Shown: in pieces, positions 39,291 through 50,200 of the stretch | Numbering within the stretch: position 1 is the first letter of the stretch | Layout: each line of letters begins with the position of its first letter | Assembly (NCBI GenBank): GCA_044892525.1 | Contig: CM097885.1 | Coordinates: 189,720,001-189,784,000, forward strand | Reading direction: 5' to 3' | Length of the DNA stretch: 64,000 nucleotides | Origin: Schmidtea polychroa | Taxonomy: Eukaryota | Made by a program: the position numbers and the translations under genes | The notes under the pieces: generated by a model | Told to the model about the DNA's origin: nothing | The model's input: only the letters and a program-made list of their open reading frames with translations | Database searches by the model: none

Positions 39291-39627
39291 TGTTGATGTA
39301 CGAAGGTTCAACGGCGTACCGGTATTCCTGCGTCGTTGTTCAGTCCTGCATTCGATTTTGTTAATATCCTTATAGTACATGCACACATACATTATTTATA
39401 TTATACTAATCACTTATTATACGGCTCTTTTTGTGTTCGGGTCCTTCGGAGGTCGAACTACTTCATGGTCCTGCCATGGAGTTAGGTCGAGGAAAACCTC
39501 CGTCTGACTCTTTGTATTTATGTAAGGTCGACCGTAAATGGTTGACTCAACACTCAACACTAAGGTTTGTGGAAGTGGTCACAGTGGGGCCATGGAAGCA
39601 ATATTCTTCCCGACCTTTTACGTAACA
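39291..39627 (-). repeat. Possible small solo-LTR-like segment nested in the putative LTR
   Basis: Minus strand begins TGTTACG and ends CAACA; GC-richer than flanks; no clean TSD. Confidence 0.3.
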
Positions 39628-40266
39628 CATTTAAATTCAACATTTAAAATCAGCGATACAAAAAATACCCTAAGGTTGGTAAATTGAGTAGATCTCATAC
39701 CTAAAATTCAACAAATCACACTTAGTATAGACGGTTGAGTTCCTAAAAATTGACTCTGCCCATACATTGTCGAACCTAGATAAATTTTTTGAATAAAGTA
39801 AAGAATTTTCATAATGATTTAGTTCGTAACTAAGGTTCGATAGATGTATTGGCAGGGCTTGGATTTTTCATTAAATGCAACTAGCTGAATACGAATCATA
39901 TACCTTTAGAACATAGAATCCCGTCATAATCTTATGAAGTGTCGAAGAATAGTTATAGTTGGGCTTGGATAAATTCGTCGCTGAAAATGGGAATTACCAG
40001 TAGCTGTAGATAAATGCTGTTACAGAAATAGATGGAAATTTTTATGAATTATAGATAATTAGAAACATAAGTTAAAATTGCGAAAGTACTTTATACCTAA
40101 ATATATCAATTTTGATCGTAAAAGTAGGAATTCTAAATTGTCATGGGTAAAATTTGCTTACAAAACCATAAATTACAGATCGTTACATGAAAGTTTTATT
40201 AAAATATAATAATTAGATATGAATTTTTTAGCATGAACCTCAACTGCAAAGTCAAAGTTTTAAAAC

Positions 40267-40519
40267 CCAAAATTTTAAATATAAAACATAAATTTCAACT
40301 ATAAAATATAAATTAATCCAAAATTTTAAATATAAAATATAAATTTCAACTATATAATATAAATTAATCCAAAATTTTAAATATAAAGTATGAATTTCAA
40401 CTATGAAATATAAATTAAACCAAAATGTTAAATATAAAATACAAATTTCAACTATATAATATAAATTAATCCAAAATTTTAAACATAAAGTATAAATTTC
40501 AGCTATAAAATATAAATTT
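40267..40519. repeat. Minisatellite, ~5 copies of a 51-bp AT-rich unit
   Basis: ccaaaattttaaatataaaa...ttcaactat...aattaat starts at 40267, 40318, 40369, 40420, 40471. Confidence 0.85.
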
Positions 40520-41910
40520 TGGTTATGAAAGTATTAACTTCAATCTAGAATTTTTAAATTANNNNNNNNNNNNNNNNNNNNNNNNNNNNNNNNNNNNNNN
40601 NNNNNNNNNNNNNNNNNNNNNNNNNNNNNNNNNNNNNNNNNNNNNNNNNNNNNNNNNNNNNNNNNNNNNNNNNNNNNNNNNNNNNNNNNNNNNNNNNNNN
40701 NNNNNNNNNNNNNNNNNNNNNNNNNNNNNNNNNNNNNNNNAGGATCACTCTTCCTAGCGTTATTCTTATCAACCGTATGATTATCATTATTATTATTATT
40801 GCTATTATTTCATTATTAATTTCCAAAAATCGATTGAATCATCGATTTAGGATTTCCCTCCACGACTAAATTTAGAACCTACCCCTTTGCTCCAATAAAA
40901 ATGAACGTAATTCCTAAAATCTATTTTTAGTAACCCCCCCCCCCCCCCTCTCTGAGAAAATGCTAGGACTATTAATTAAATAAGAACATAAGTAGGTGCA
41001 TATATATAGCTATATGAGTAAACGTAGGTAACTATACGTATCTAATAAGTTAATTTAACTCAGGCTTATCAGAGATGGATATCTTAGTTAACTTAGCGTC
41101 CCCAGAACTAAAAGTCAAGTAAAACCTACATTAACTCAAACCAATTCATCGAGGACACTAGGAATACATTGAGACAATCGATACCAACCATGGGACTCCA
41201 CGGAATCAGCCGCACGAATTATCAATAAATGACAAAAAATTATTTTACAAAAAATCGAAGCGATTAACAAAAGAACATGCTAAATTAAATTAGTCAACAA
41301 AACTTCTAACATTACTAGATACAAATCAGACTAAAAATACTAACACAGAGTCATATAACATTCCTTTAAGGCTTTGAACAACCGGCCACTCCATCCGAGT
41401 GAAAGATTCCCATCAAATATCTCTAAAATCGAAAAGCTATGGTTAATAAATGAACTACTTACAAGCAAATCAAAGCGGACTATACCACTCACGACGAGTA
41501 CAACCGAAGGAAAGGCAAGCAGACGAGAAGCTAAGCTCGTTGTTAATACCTGTCGCCTCAGCGTACCCGAATTTAGTGGCAAACGATTTAAACCCTGAAA
41601 TTTTAAATTCGTTATAATATTTAAATTAAAATACATAAAATATAATTTAAATGTTCACTTAGTGATAAATACAAATTTAGAGAAAAATAGTTAATTAAAA
41701 CAAGAGGATTGTTGATAAATTTTTTTTTAGTTATTAGTAGACAAAATATGAAATTTCATTCTATGGTTCCTAGGATTATAAATGTTAGTCTTAAAATAAA
41801 ATATTTCTTTTTATTTTTCAAATTCTTAAAGGGAAAAAGGGTCAACAAAATCCTGTGTTTAACGTCGTATTACAATCAGTATAAAGTGGCTTGATTGTTC
41901 TTTTGTAGAA

Positions 41911-42267
41911 ATGTCCTATTCTGACAGTGGTAGTAACGAAGCAGCCGACCGACAGATGCTTACACGACTCCGGACACGGTACATATGGTACCGTATCCAT
42001 GATTGGAACCGGGGCTTGGACCTCGACAACTGGGGCCCAGTAATCAGGAGTGGGCCGGAACCGGACGCCCCAGCGTGGGTAAAAACAGAGCCCACAAACG
42101 ATTTTTTGCAAGAGGCCCGTGACCGAGCGGCCATCGAGGTGGAAGCAGCCCAGATGCGATTGAGGAAAATCGACTTGCAAATCCGGGCAAACAAGGAAGG
42201 GAAAACCGTAGAGGACCTAGAGGAGGCCGAGACAACCCCGCGGAAGAGGGGAAGGCCTCGCAAGTGA
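41911..42267 (+). CDS. 118-aa orphan ORF with coiled coil and C-terminal AT-hook
   Basis: GC-rich island; ATG preceded by ttcttttgtag and TATAAAG at about 41880; ends TPRKRGRPRK. Confidence 0.55.
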   Translation: MSYSDSGSNEAADRQMLTRLRTRYIWYRIHDWNRGLDLDNWGPVIRSGPEPDAPAWVKTEPTNDFLQEARDRAAIEVEAAQMRLRKIDLQIRANKEGKTVEDLEEAETTPRKRGRPRK

Positions 42268-42488
42268 CCGACCTGACTCATCATCAAAAAATTTTTTTTT
42301 TGCAATTAGCATCAGTTATGACTTAATTAAACTTTAATTTTAGTGACGAACAATTTTATTCCTTTCAATAAATTATCTTATGAATTGCGTGCTTAATGTC
42401 TGAGACTATGTTTATTTATAATATTGATCTTATTATATAATAGAATGAGCGTTATGCTGCAGGAATGAATCATTGAATTTTTATCTAG

Positions 42489-42919
42489 TGTTCAAACTAC
42501 TTGAAAATTTGCGAAAGGACAGGGAAGAAGCCCAAAAACAGGCCGAGGAGCTCCGCATACGAGTAGACAAGCTCAAGGGACGGTGCCGGGAACTAGAAAG
42601 CACCTGGTTTAGTCCCGAGGATATGAAAAAGAAGGTGGCGCAGGTCCTTCAACTGCAGACTCAAGCCGCGCAGGATCAGATGGAGATCCGGGCACTGAAG
42701 CTCCAGCTCCGCGCGTTAGAAACCGAGCGAAATGAACAAGTAGTTCACGGAGCCGCCATAAGCCAAATCCGGCCGTTGACTGTGGAACTAGCAGCAATAT
42801 ACCCTTCGGCCGCGAAAGAGAAACCCAAAAGAAAGCGGTTGGGACGGAACATCCGGGAGAAGTTAAAAAAGGCTAGGTTAGCCGAGTATGAGCGACAAGA
42901 AAAATCTACACCAGTGTAA
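42489..42919 (+). CDS. Coiled-coil/basic ORF, possibly a spliced exon
   Basis: GC-rich open frame (LRIRVDKLKGRCRELE...KPKRKRLGRNIREKLKK) after acceptor-like tttttatctag at 42488; first in-frame ATG is internal. Confidence 0.4.
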
Positions 42920-43326
42920 TTTCCGCGATGTGAACAGTCACTTATGCTAGATACACTGAGTTTTCCTTTTTTTTTTGTTGTTTATTGTTAATGTCTAAAT
43001 ACAAATTTAGTTAAATTAATGTATGAAGTATGTTGTTTGCAAATGTTGAGTGACTGAAAATCGAGGCGTTGAGAGTTGGGAAAACAATTTCGAATAGGGG
43101 ACCGGAGAAAATCGGACACATACCTTCTAACGGTAGTCCGTGAACCCGTGGAGTACTCGACAATTATAGTGCTTTGATGCGCTCACTTTTTGTGGGTACT
43201 CAACCCTTGGTACAGTACCAACGTTGATCACTCAACGGGTACCAAGCGGAAAAACAATGTTGTATTTTGGGTTACGCTGGTAACAGCACTCAATCATTCA
43301 ACCACCAGTAACCCACCATACAAATT

Positions 43327-43347
43327 TGGGGGCTCAGCCGGGATTTG
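43327..43347 (+). promoter_or_regulatory. Primer-binding site, tRNA-Pro
   Basis: TGGGGGCTCAGCCGGGATTTG versus the classical tRNA-Pro PBS TGGGGGCTCGTCCGGGAT(TTG): 19/21 identity. Confidence 0.85.
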
Positions 43348-44041
43348 CAAATTTAATTGGTGAAAGAACCCGAGAATAGATATAATGGAGAGAGTAAAAG
43401 CTGATATAAAGTAATATGCATTCAAGATTGAGCAAATTGTTTTCCCAAACACTTAAACTTAGTACATGGATATGTGAATATGATAAAATGTATGTGAAAT
43501 GTTTAAATGAGTGATTGAAGTTTTAAAGTGTGTCAACATATGAATGTATTAAAAGTGAGTATGAGAATATCGTACGAATAGCGTAGTAATAGAATGAAAT
43601 GATAATAAACGAAAAGTAAAACGAAAACAAAATATAATAAAAATTTTAAACATTAACGATTAATAGAATGTAAAAATAAAGAAATAATAAAAATTTAAAA
43701 ATAGGGAAAAAGGGGGGATAACACGCTAATAAAAATAAACCAAATGAACAAAGTAGTTAAACTTAATCAGAAAACGTGTAAATAGGGCGATAACGAATGG
43801 GATATGGGTTATATATAATAAAACGATTATGATAAAATCACAAGAACATGAGAGAAGTTTGCGCGGAATAGAACATTAAACCAAGGGAGACGGGGTTGTT
43901 AAGAGTGATAAGTAGAATGTAAAGGTTTATTGAAGCATTAATAAAATAAGGTATTCAGGATATTAGGGGGAAAATGATAAAGGGGGAAAATGACGCGGAA
44001 TACTAATAAAAAGGGAACCTTAATTAATAAATCTTACTTAG

Positions 44042-44524
44042 ATGGAATCAACCGGCTACATTACAAAGAGACTCGAAAAATTCGTAGATTTAACACACAA
44101 TTCGTTACAACGGCTAAATCGCAAAGCGGAACAATTGGTGAAAATCCAAGACGAGATGAGCTTGAAGCCAAGACCGCAAGCTGAGGACATATGTGTAATG
44201 ATGAAAATAGCAACACCTAATGCAGAATTGACCACTAAAAGAGTCTATCAAATTCAAAATTTACGATTAGATAATGCCAAATTCAACATCAAATGGCAGG
44301 AGATAATGATGAAAATGGGAACGATCGAAGAAGAAATTAAAGAAGCAATCGAACATCAAGTTAAAAATTTTAGAAAATGCTTCATATGCAGAACCAATGA
44401 AATACGAGTAATGACGATCCCATGTGGTCATTTATGTTACTGCGAGAATTGCGCAGAGAAAATTAAACGATGCAACGTATGCGATACGAATGTTAGAGAG
44501 AAAATTGTAATATACCTCCCGTAA
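44042..44524 (+). CDS. Coiled-coil plus C-terminal C3HC4 RING (IAP/MDM2-type) ORF upstream of gag
   Basis: CFICRTNEIRVMTIPCGHLCYCENCAEKIKRCNVC followed by VIYLP* at the extreme C-terminus. Confidence 0.85.
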   Translation: MESTGYITKRLEKFVDLTHNSLQRLNRKAEQLVKIQDEMSLKPRPQAEDICVMMKIATPNAELTTKRVYQIQNLRLDNAKFNIKWQEIMMKMGTIEEEIKEAIEHQVKNFRKCFICRTNEIRVMTIPCGHLCYCENCAEKIKRCNVCDTNVREKIVIYLP

Positions 44525-45260
44525 GGAGATGTTGTCAAATAAATTTCTTGTGAATGAATATGAAGTGATAAAATTATTATATTAAAAATCCATTATAGCA
44601 ACCGAAAGGTATAAAACATACGTCGAACATAGACATATAAAGGACACAAAATACGTTAAATAAATAGACAAGCAACACAGCAATTAGAACTAAAATCAGA
44701 ATTGAATGCAGGACTGATCATAGTCGTATGAATGAGCTGATCGATAAGATCAGTACGATTTTTACTTCCAATTTTCTTTTCTTCCTGTTTTATTATTTTG
44801 GCATAGAGTGATACGACAATGAGGGGATGACAAGTGAATCGTCCTTACGACACTTGCCCGGATGGGGAAATCCTGATCACCCTGACGAGAGAATGTAGTA
44901 GGATCCATCGCAAATGTTGGGGAGTTTCTGTCGAGTGACTGATCACCACTTGTGGGAAATGAACGAACGCGATTATTATATTTTTTTTTGTCTGGGAGAC
45001 TGGGGTTGACTAAAAGGGTGAATAAAAAAAAAAAAAAAAAAAAAAATAGAAATAAAAATCGAAAAACGCGCGCTAAATGTTAAAAATTTAATCCGAGAGC
45101 AGCTGCGGATTTGAAGAAACCGTTTTTGGACTTCAAATCAGATGAGAAATAATGATTTTTCCCTAGCGAGTGATGAGGCACCCGAGTACAGCGGCTAACC
45201 ACCGGACTGTAGTGTCCAGGAGATTATCAGCCAAGGGACTGATGATGCTGGATCACCCAA

Positions 45261-46235
45261 TACAAAAACCCGGATACCACACCGAGTATTGGGCGCACTT
45301 TTTTTGAGTTGCTAGCGGGACTTGATACAAAAACCCGGACGGGTAGCGAGCGAGAGAGACCCAGTTACCTACACCGAGTATCAAGGAGCCCAGTGAAACG
45401 GTTGTGAGATGCGAGTCAACCGGTAAAGGACTCGTACTCAATAGGCAACCAAGATTGGACCAGTTGTGAGGCGGAAGACCGAAAGTCAACTGCATATCCA
45501 ATTTCCTTTTATCTTCACTAATCGGGAGATCTGGTTCATCACTTTTGAGAGCACGATCGAGGCGATTAGGCATTTCCATGTTTTTTGAATCCTGACAGAT
45601 AGGATGTTTTTTTTTCTTCGTGATTATTGCTAGCAGGGGTCGGTACAAAACCCGGATGCCCACACCGAGTACCGATAGGCCCAGTGAAACGGCGATGAGA
45701 TTAGAGTTACCGGTATTAGACTCTTTTCAATAAGCGGCCAAGAATTGAGCCAGTTGTGAGGCCTCAGCAGATTAGGAATTTGAGTAGGAGGAGCCTTAAA
45801 TTTTTAATTAGTCCGAAAGCCAACTGTCAACTCAATTTAATCGCGGTAGGGACGATAGTAGGTGTAAAAACCGAAGGCGTCGAGGGGTTGAAGAAACCTC
45901 ATTTAGGGCATTTGAAACCGGTCAGGGACCGAAGACCGCGAATATGGCGTAATGGTGTAAAAGCCCAGGCGTCGAGGAGTCGTAAAAGACTTCAGATTAT
46001 GATTAAACCGGCCGGAAGCCGATGCCGACGTGGAGGTCTAACAAACCAAAGCGTTGATGGGTAATAATGGATTATATGGCGTAACGGTGTAAAAGCCCAG
46101 ACGTCGAGGAGTCGTAAAAGACTTCATGAGATTAAAATGAGTTGATTAAACCGGCCAGGGAGCCGATGGTAATTGAGTGAAATGATTTAAATGAAATAGG
46201 AGAGTCGATTAAACCGGCCAGGGAGCCGATGGTAA
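45261..46235. repeat. Modular imperfect direct repeats in the long gag leader
   Basis: TACAAAA(A)CCCGGA x3 (45261, 45326, 45644); ACACCGAGTA x3; 52-bp repeat 45943-45994 / 46075-46126; GATTAAACCGGCCAGGGAGCCGATGGTAA x2 (46143, 46207). Confidence 0.8.
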
Positions 46236-47216
46236 ATAAATGTAGACGCAGAGATCGCGCGAACCAAAGCATCGATGATTAAATATGAATTTGATTAAAT
46301 CGAAATAGATTAAGTGCGTTAAATATATAATGAGTAAAGGAAAATTATGATAAAGCGCCGGCGCAAGTGAAAATTAAACCAGTTTTTGGATGGGGAAAAG
46401 CGAACGAATAGATAGTAGTTGAATTATTGAATTTTATTTATTAATGATATGTTTATTTTGATACTTATGTGATTGATGTTATATTTCTATGATAATTATA
46501 AAAGGGATAGATAATTGATACGACTATATAGATAATTGATACGAGTTATAGATAATTTAAAATCAACTTAAAATCAAAATGGGGCGAATAGCGAGAAGTG
46601 TAGAAAAGCTAGAAAATTTGAAGCGAAGGGACAGTAAAATAAAGGGAAAAAGGAAAGTAAATGAAGGGTTTAGTAAAGAGAATTTATGATATGTACTAGA
46701 GGTGTTAATTATTTTAGAACAAAGCAAACAATTCAGAAAGAAATCAAAGAAATCAAGAAAGCAATAGCAATCAAGAGATATAGAGAAATCAATTAGAAGC
46801 GAAGAATCAAAGAAATTAATAAAACCAAATCCAAGAAGAGTTAGAGAATCGTAAAGATTAAAGCGAGAAAAATACTTAGAAAACATCGAGCTCGATTGAT
46901 AAAGTAGAAAATTTATCAAAGGATATTAAAAGGAGAAAAAATTGATAGCATAGCTAACCGAACGAGGCGAAAAAGTAAAGGAAACCTCAGTTTATTGGAA
47001 AAGGAAGAGATACAAAAGGCCAAGACCAACAGAAAACTACACAGGAAGCCAGCATCAGTAGAAACAGTATTTGAATCAGACAGTTTAACAAACGAATTTG
47101 AGAACAGCGACGATCTTAAACGAACCGAACTAGATCCGATAAGTGACATTGAATCATCAGACGAGGAAGGAAATAGTTCAGAGTCAACCAATATAACAAT
47201 TTTGTGTCAAGAAATA

Positions 47217-50200
47217 ATGACAGACGGAATTCCAAATGTAACAGGGCTAACGGACCCACCGGAAACAAGTAATGTGCACGTCAACATTGGAGAATTCAGA
47301 GAGAAATTTCGAGGAGAGCCATTCGATGGAAATATAAACCAGCTGGAAACGTTTATAAAGGAATTCGAAGTATACATTACGATATGTCACTGGCCAGATA
47401 TAGTCGTACGAGAACGAATACCCCTATATCTAAAGGGAAGCGCCCAAGATGTATACTTGGAGGCGAAATGTGATGCAACAAAGTTGAGAACGTGGAAAGA
47501 GATCAAGGAGTTTTTAATAAAAACATTCGGTACCGAAAAAGAGGGAAATCGAAAAATGTTAGACTTTCTGCATCGAAAGCAGAAATATAACGAATCCAAC
47601 GCACTGTACGCATGCGAATTGAGACGACTAGCACGAGAAGCCTTCGATTCAAATCAACCAGTTCCGGAAGACAAAATAATAGCCGTATTCGTAGATGGCA
47701 TGAAACGAGAGGATATACGAGCAACCTTGGGATGCCGAGCACCAGAGACGCTGGAAGAAGCACTAAAAATCGCTAACAAATGTGAAACCTACTTAACACC
47801 AATACAAGTAGCAGCAATGACAGCAGCTCCAGCAGCTCCAGCGGCAACAGCAACAACCACAAACAACCAAGTCAATAATGCAAATCCAGTAATGAATCAA
47901 TTCATCCCAGGATCGCAACAGTTGTTCAAAACCCCACAAACGAGGAACCAAGACAATGGAGGTAATATTCAAAATTTTACTAATAATTTCAGGAACAACG
48001 ACAATCGAACGTGCAACATATGCCAACGATCAGGGCATTGGAGCAATGAATGTTATAGAGCAAGGATGTGTCAAAAGTGTGGGAGAAGAGGCCACACGGA
48101 AAACATCTGCAGAGTTCCCACGATGTCTACGGGCAGAGGAGGAACTAGAACCTGCTACAATTGTAACCAGCCTGGACACATGGTTAGAGAATGCACGATG
48201 AGAGCCAAACCAAATCAACCAGGATCAAACAACCCAATTCAGAACACGAAAATCAACCTCATGCAGGAAATCGAACAATTAAAAGATATGATCCAACGAA
48301 TACCGGTTAATAATCAACAACAACGAATCAACATGATGCAGAGCACCGAGGAAATCCGGAAGCAACCAAGTAAGCAACAACAAGATCAACAACGAATCGA
48401 ATGGCAAAGATTGCAAAACGAAGAAGCCAGAGAAATTCAAGAAAGATGGAAACAACGGGAAGCGAATCCCGGAAGAATAAATATGATGAGGTTAACAAAT
48501 AAAGAGGAATCGCACACTGCGGAGCAGTGTGTTAACAACGAAGGGAGTGATCTGATAAAAACGACGAAAGAAAATGAGATTGATCCACAGACAAAATTGA
48601 GCAGCGAAGAGAAAATACAATTGATTAAAGAATTTACCAAAGAGGAGAAAGAAAGGAGACAAAAGAAAGATGAGAGCCAAGACGAATCAAAAAGCAATGA
48701 GATAGTTACAAAAAATCGAATTCAGAGGGTACTACTACAAAAAATCGAAGACAGAATCAAAAACGAAAACCCTACATTAACTAAGGAACAAATCAAAGAA
48801 AAAGTGAAAGAGCATTGGTTCAGGAAAAATGAGTGGTTCGAAAAGAAAGAACCACATACCAAAGCTAAAATAAACATGTTGAGACAAATGCGGAGTGATC
48901 AGACGGATCAGGAAGATGAGAAAAGTGAGGTGAGTAGCCTGGGAGGCGAATTATTTCAGTCAAGTGAGGAAAACAACGAACCGAAAACACCTCCAAACAG
49001 TGAAACACCTCAAAGTAGTGATAGGAGTGAAAATGATGACATGAAATCAATGATAGAAAAAGATGATGAGGAGATATTTGAGGAAATTTTCGACACAGTA
49101 ACAGAAATAGAGCGGAATGAGAGCTACATCAACGAGCTAACATATAGAAAATGCGTAAAACTTATAACTCAAGTATACCAGTGTGAAGGAGGTATAATAA
49201 CGGCAGCATGGAAAGATTTAGCAACAAGATATAAAGAGAAACTAAAGGAAGCAGGCCCAGATCAATATCAGGTAAGTATTCAACACCCCGAGATTCAGAT
49301 ACAGACTATTGAATTAAAAGGAACAAATACCGATGAACTGTACAACTGGGTACAGGAAAAAATGGGAACGAGCCATAAAAATAAACAATTATATGTCGAT
49401 GGTTACAAAGTTAAAAGGGGCATACATTTGGTAGATGCGATGATATGGCCCAACGAAACTAACATCTTAACCTTAGAGAAAACCAGAGACGACGAATCAG
49501 TGGCAGAAATGTTCCAGAAAATCCAACAAGTGTTTAACAATGAAGTGGAACCAGAATTGGAAAAGATCGAACGAAAAATAATGAAAGAAAACCAAATAAT
49601 CTTGGTTAAACAAGCTATCGATCAGGCAAGAAAATATATTAATAGACTGAGAGAAAGATGGCCACAACTAATGAAACAATTTGTCAAAGACGTACGAGAC
49701 ACAGAAATTATGAGATTCGAAGACGAACGAGCGACAGAATTGATATCTAAATACGGAGAATACGAGAGAACCAAATGCGAACGAGAAACGATAAAAATAA
49801 AGGTGAAGTTGCCAAATGAAGAGAAACAAATAATAGAAGTTGACCCCGATTGCCAAGTTGACGAGTTAGTGCAAATCATAGATCAAGAGATCATCCAAAA
49901 AGCTCGAGAAAATAGTGAGGATGGAATGATCGAAGATGTGATAATAATGTACAACCGACATATGTTAGAAAGAGGAGACCGAACTGTAATTTACGAACTA
50001 GGAATCTGGGAAGATGGAGCCGTCATCAATATAATCGCGATGGATGAGCCATCGGGTGGACACAAAAACGCCACCAAAACAGAGCAACAAATTAAAAGAT
50101 TCCAATGGGGGATGAGAGTAAAGATGGATCGAATAATAGATATTTATAACCATTGGCTAAAGGATGATAAACTAAAAGTAGCAGCCTTCAATGACGAAGA

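Larger units (their letters stand above)
38527..43322 (+). repeat. Putative ~4.8-kb 5' LTR of the giant element
   Basis: Ends TACA 4 nt before the PBS; starts TGTA; the 3' LTR is outside the window, so the start is inference. Confidence 0.5.

Noticed and set aside
40267-40519. 51-bp repeat as a CRISPR-like array
   Set aside because: Head-to-tail units with no unique spacers, in a eukaryotic context: a minisatellite
394-40826. ORF-track entries made mostly of X (e.g. 394-591, 6291-6728, 8506-8934, 20630-20916, 34426-35732, 40554-40826)
   Set aside because: Artefacts of N-filled assembly gaps; no coding evidence
45001-45046. TGGGGTTGAC as an alternative PBS, and A23 as a retroposed poly(A) tail
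   Set aside because: No tRNA complementarity beyond TGG and no TSD; the tRNA-Pro PBS at 43327 is far stronger
46995-47216. Track start of the 2890-aa ORF at 46995
   Set aside because: That codon is TTG; the first ATG is 47217, just before the gag homology. An upstream extension is unproven
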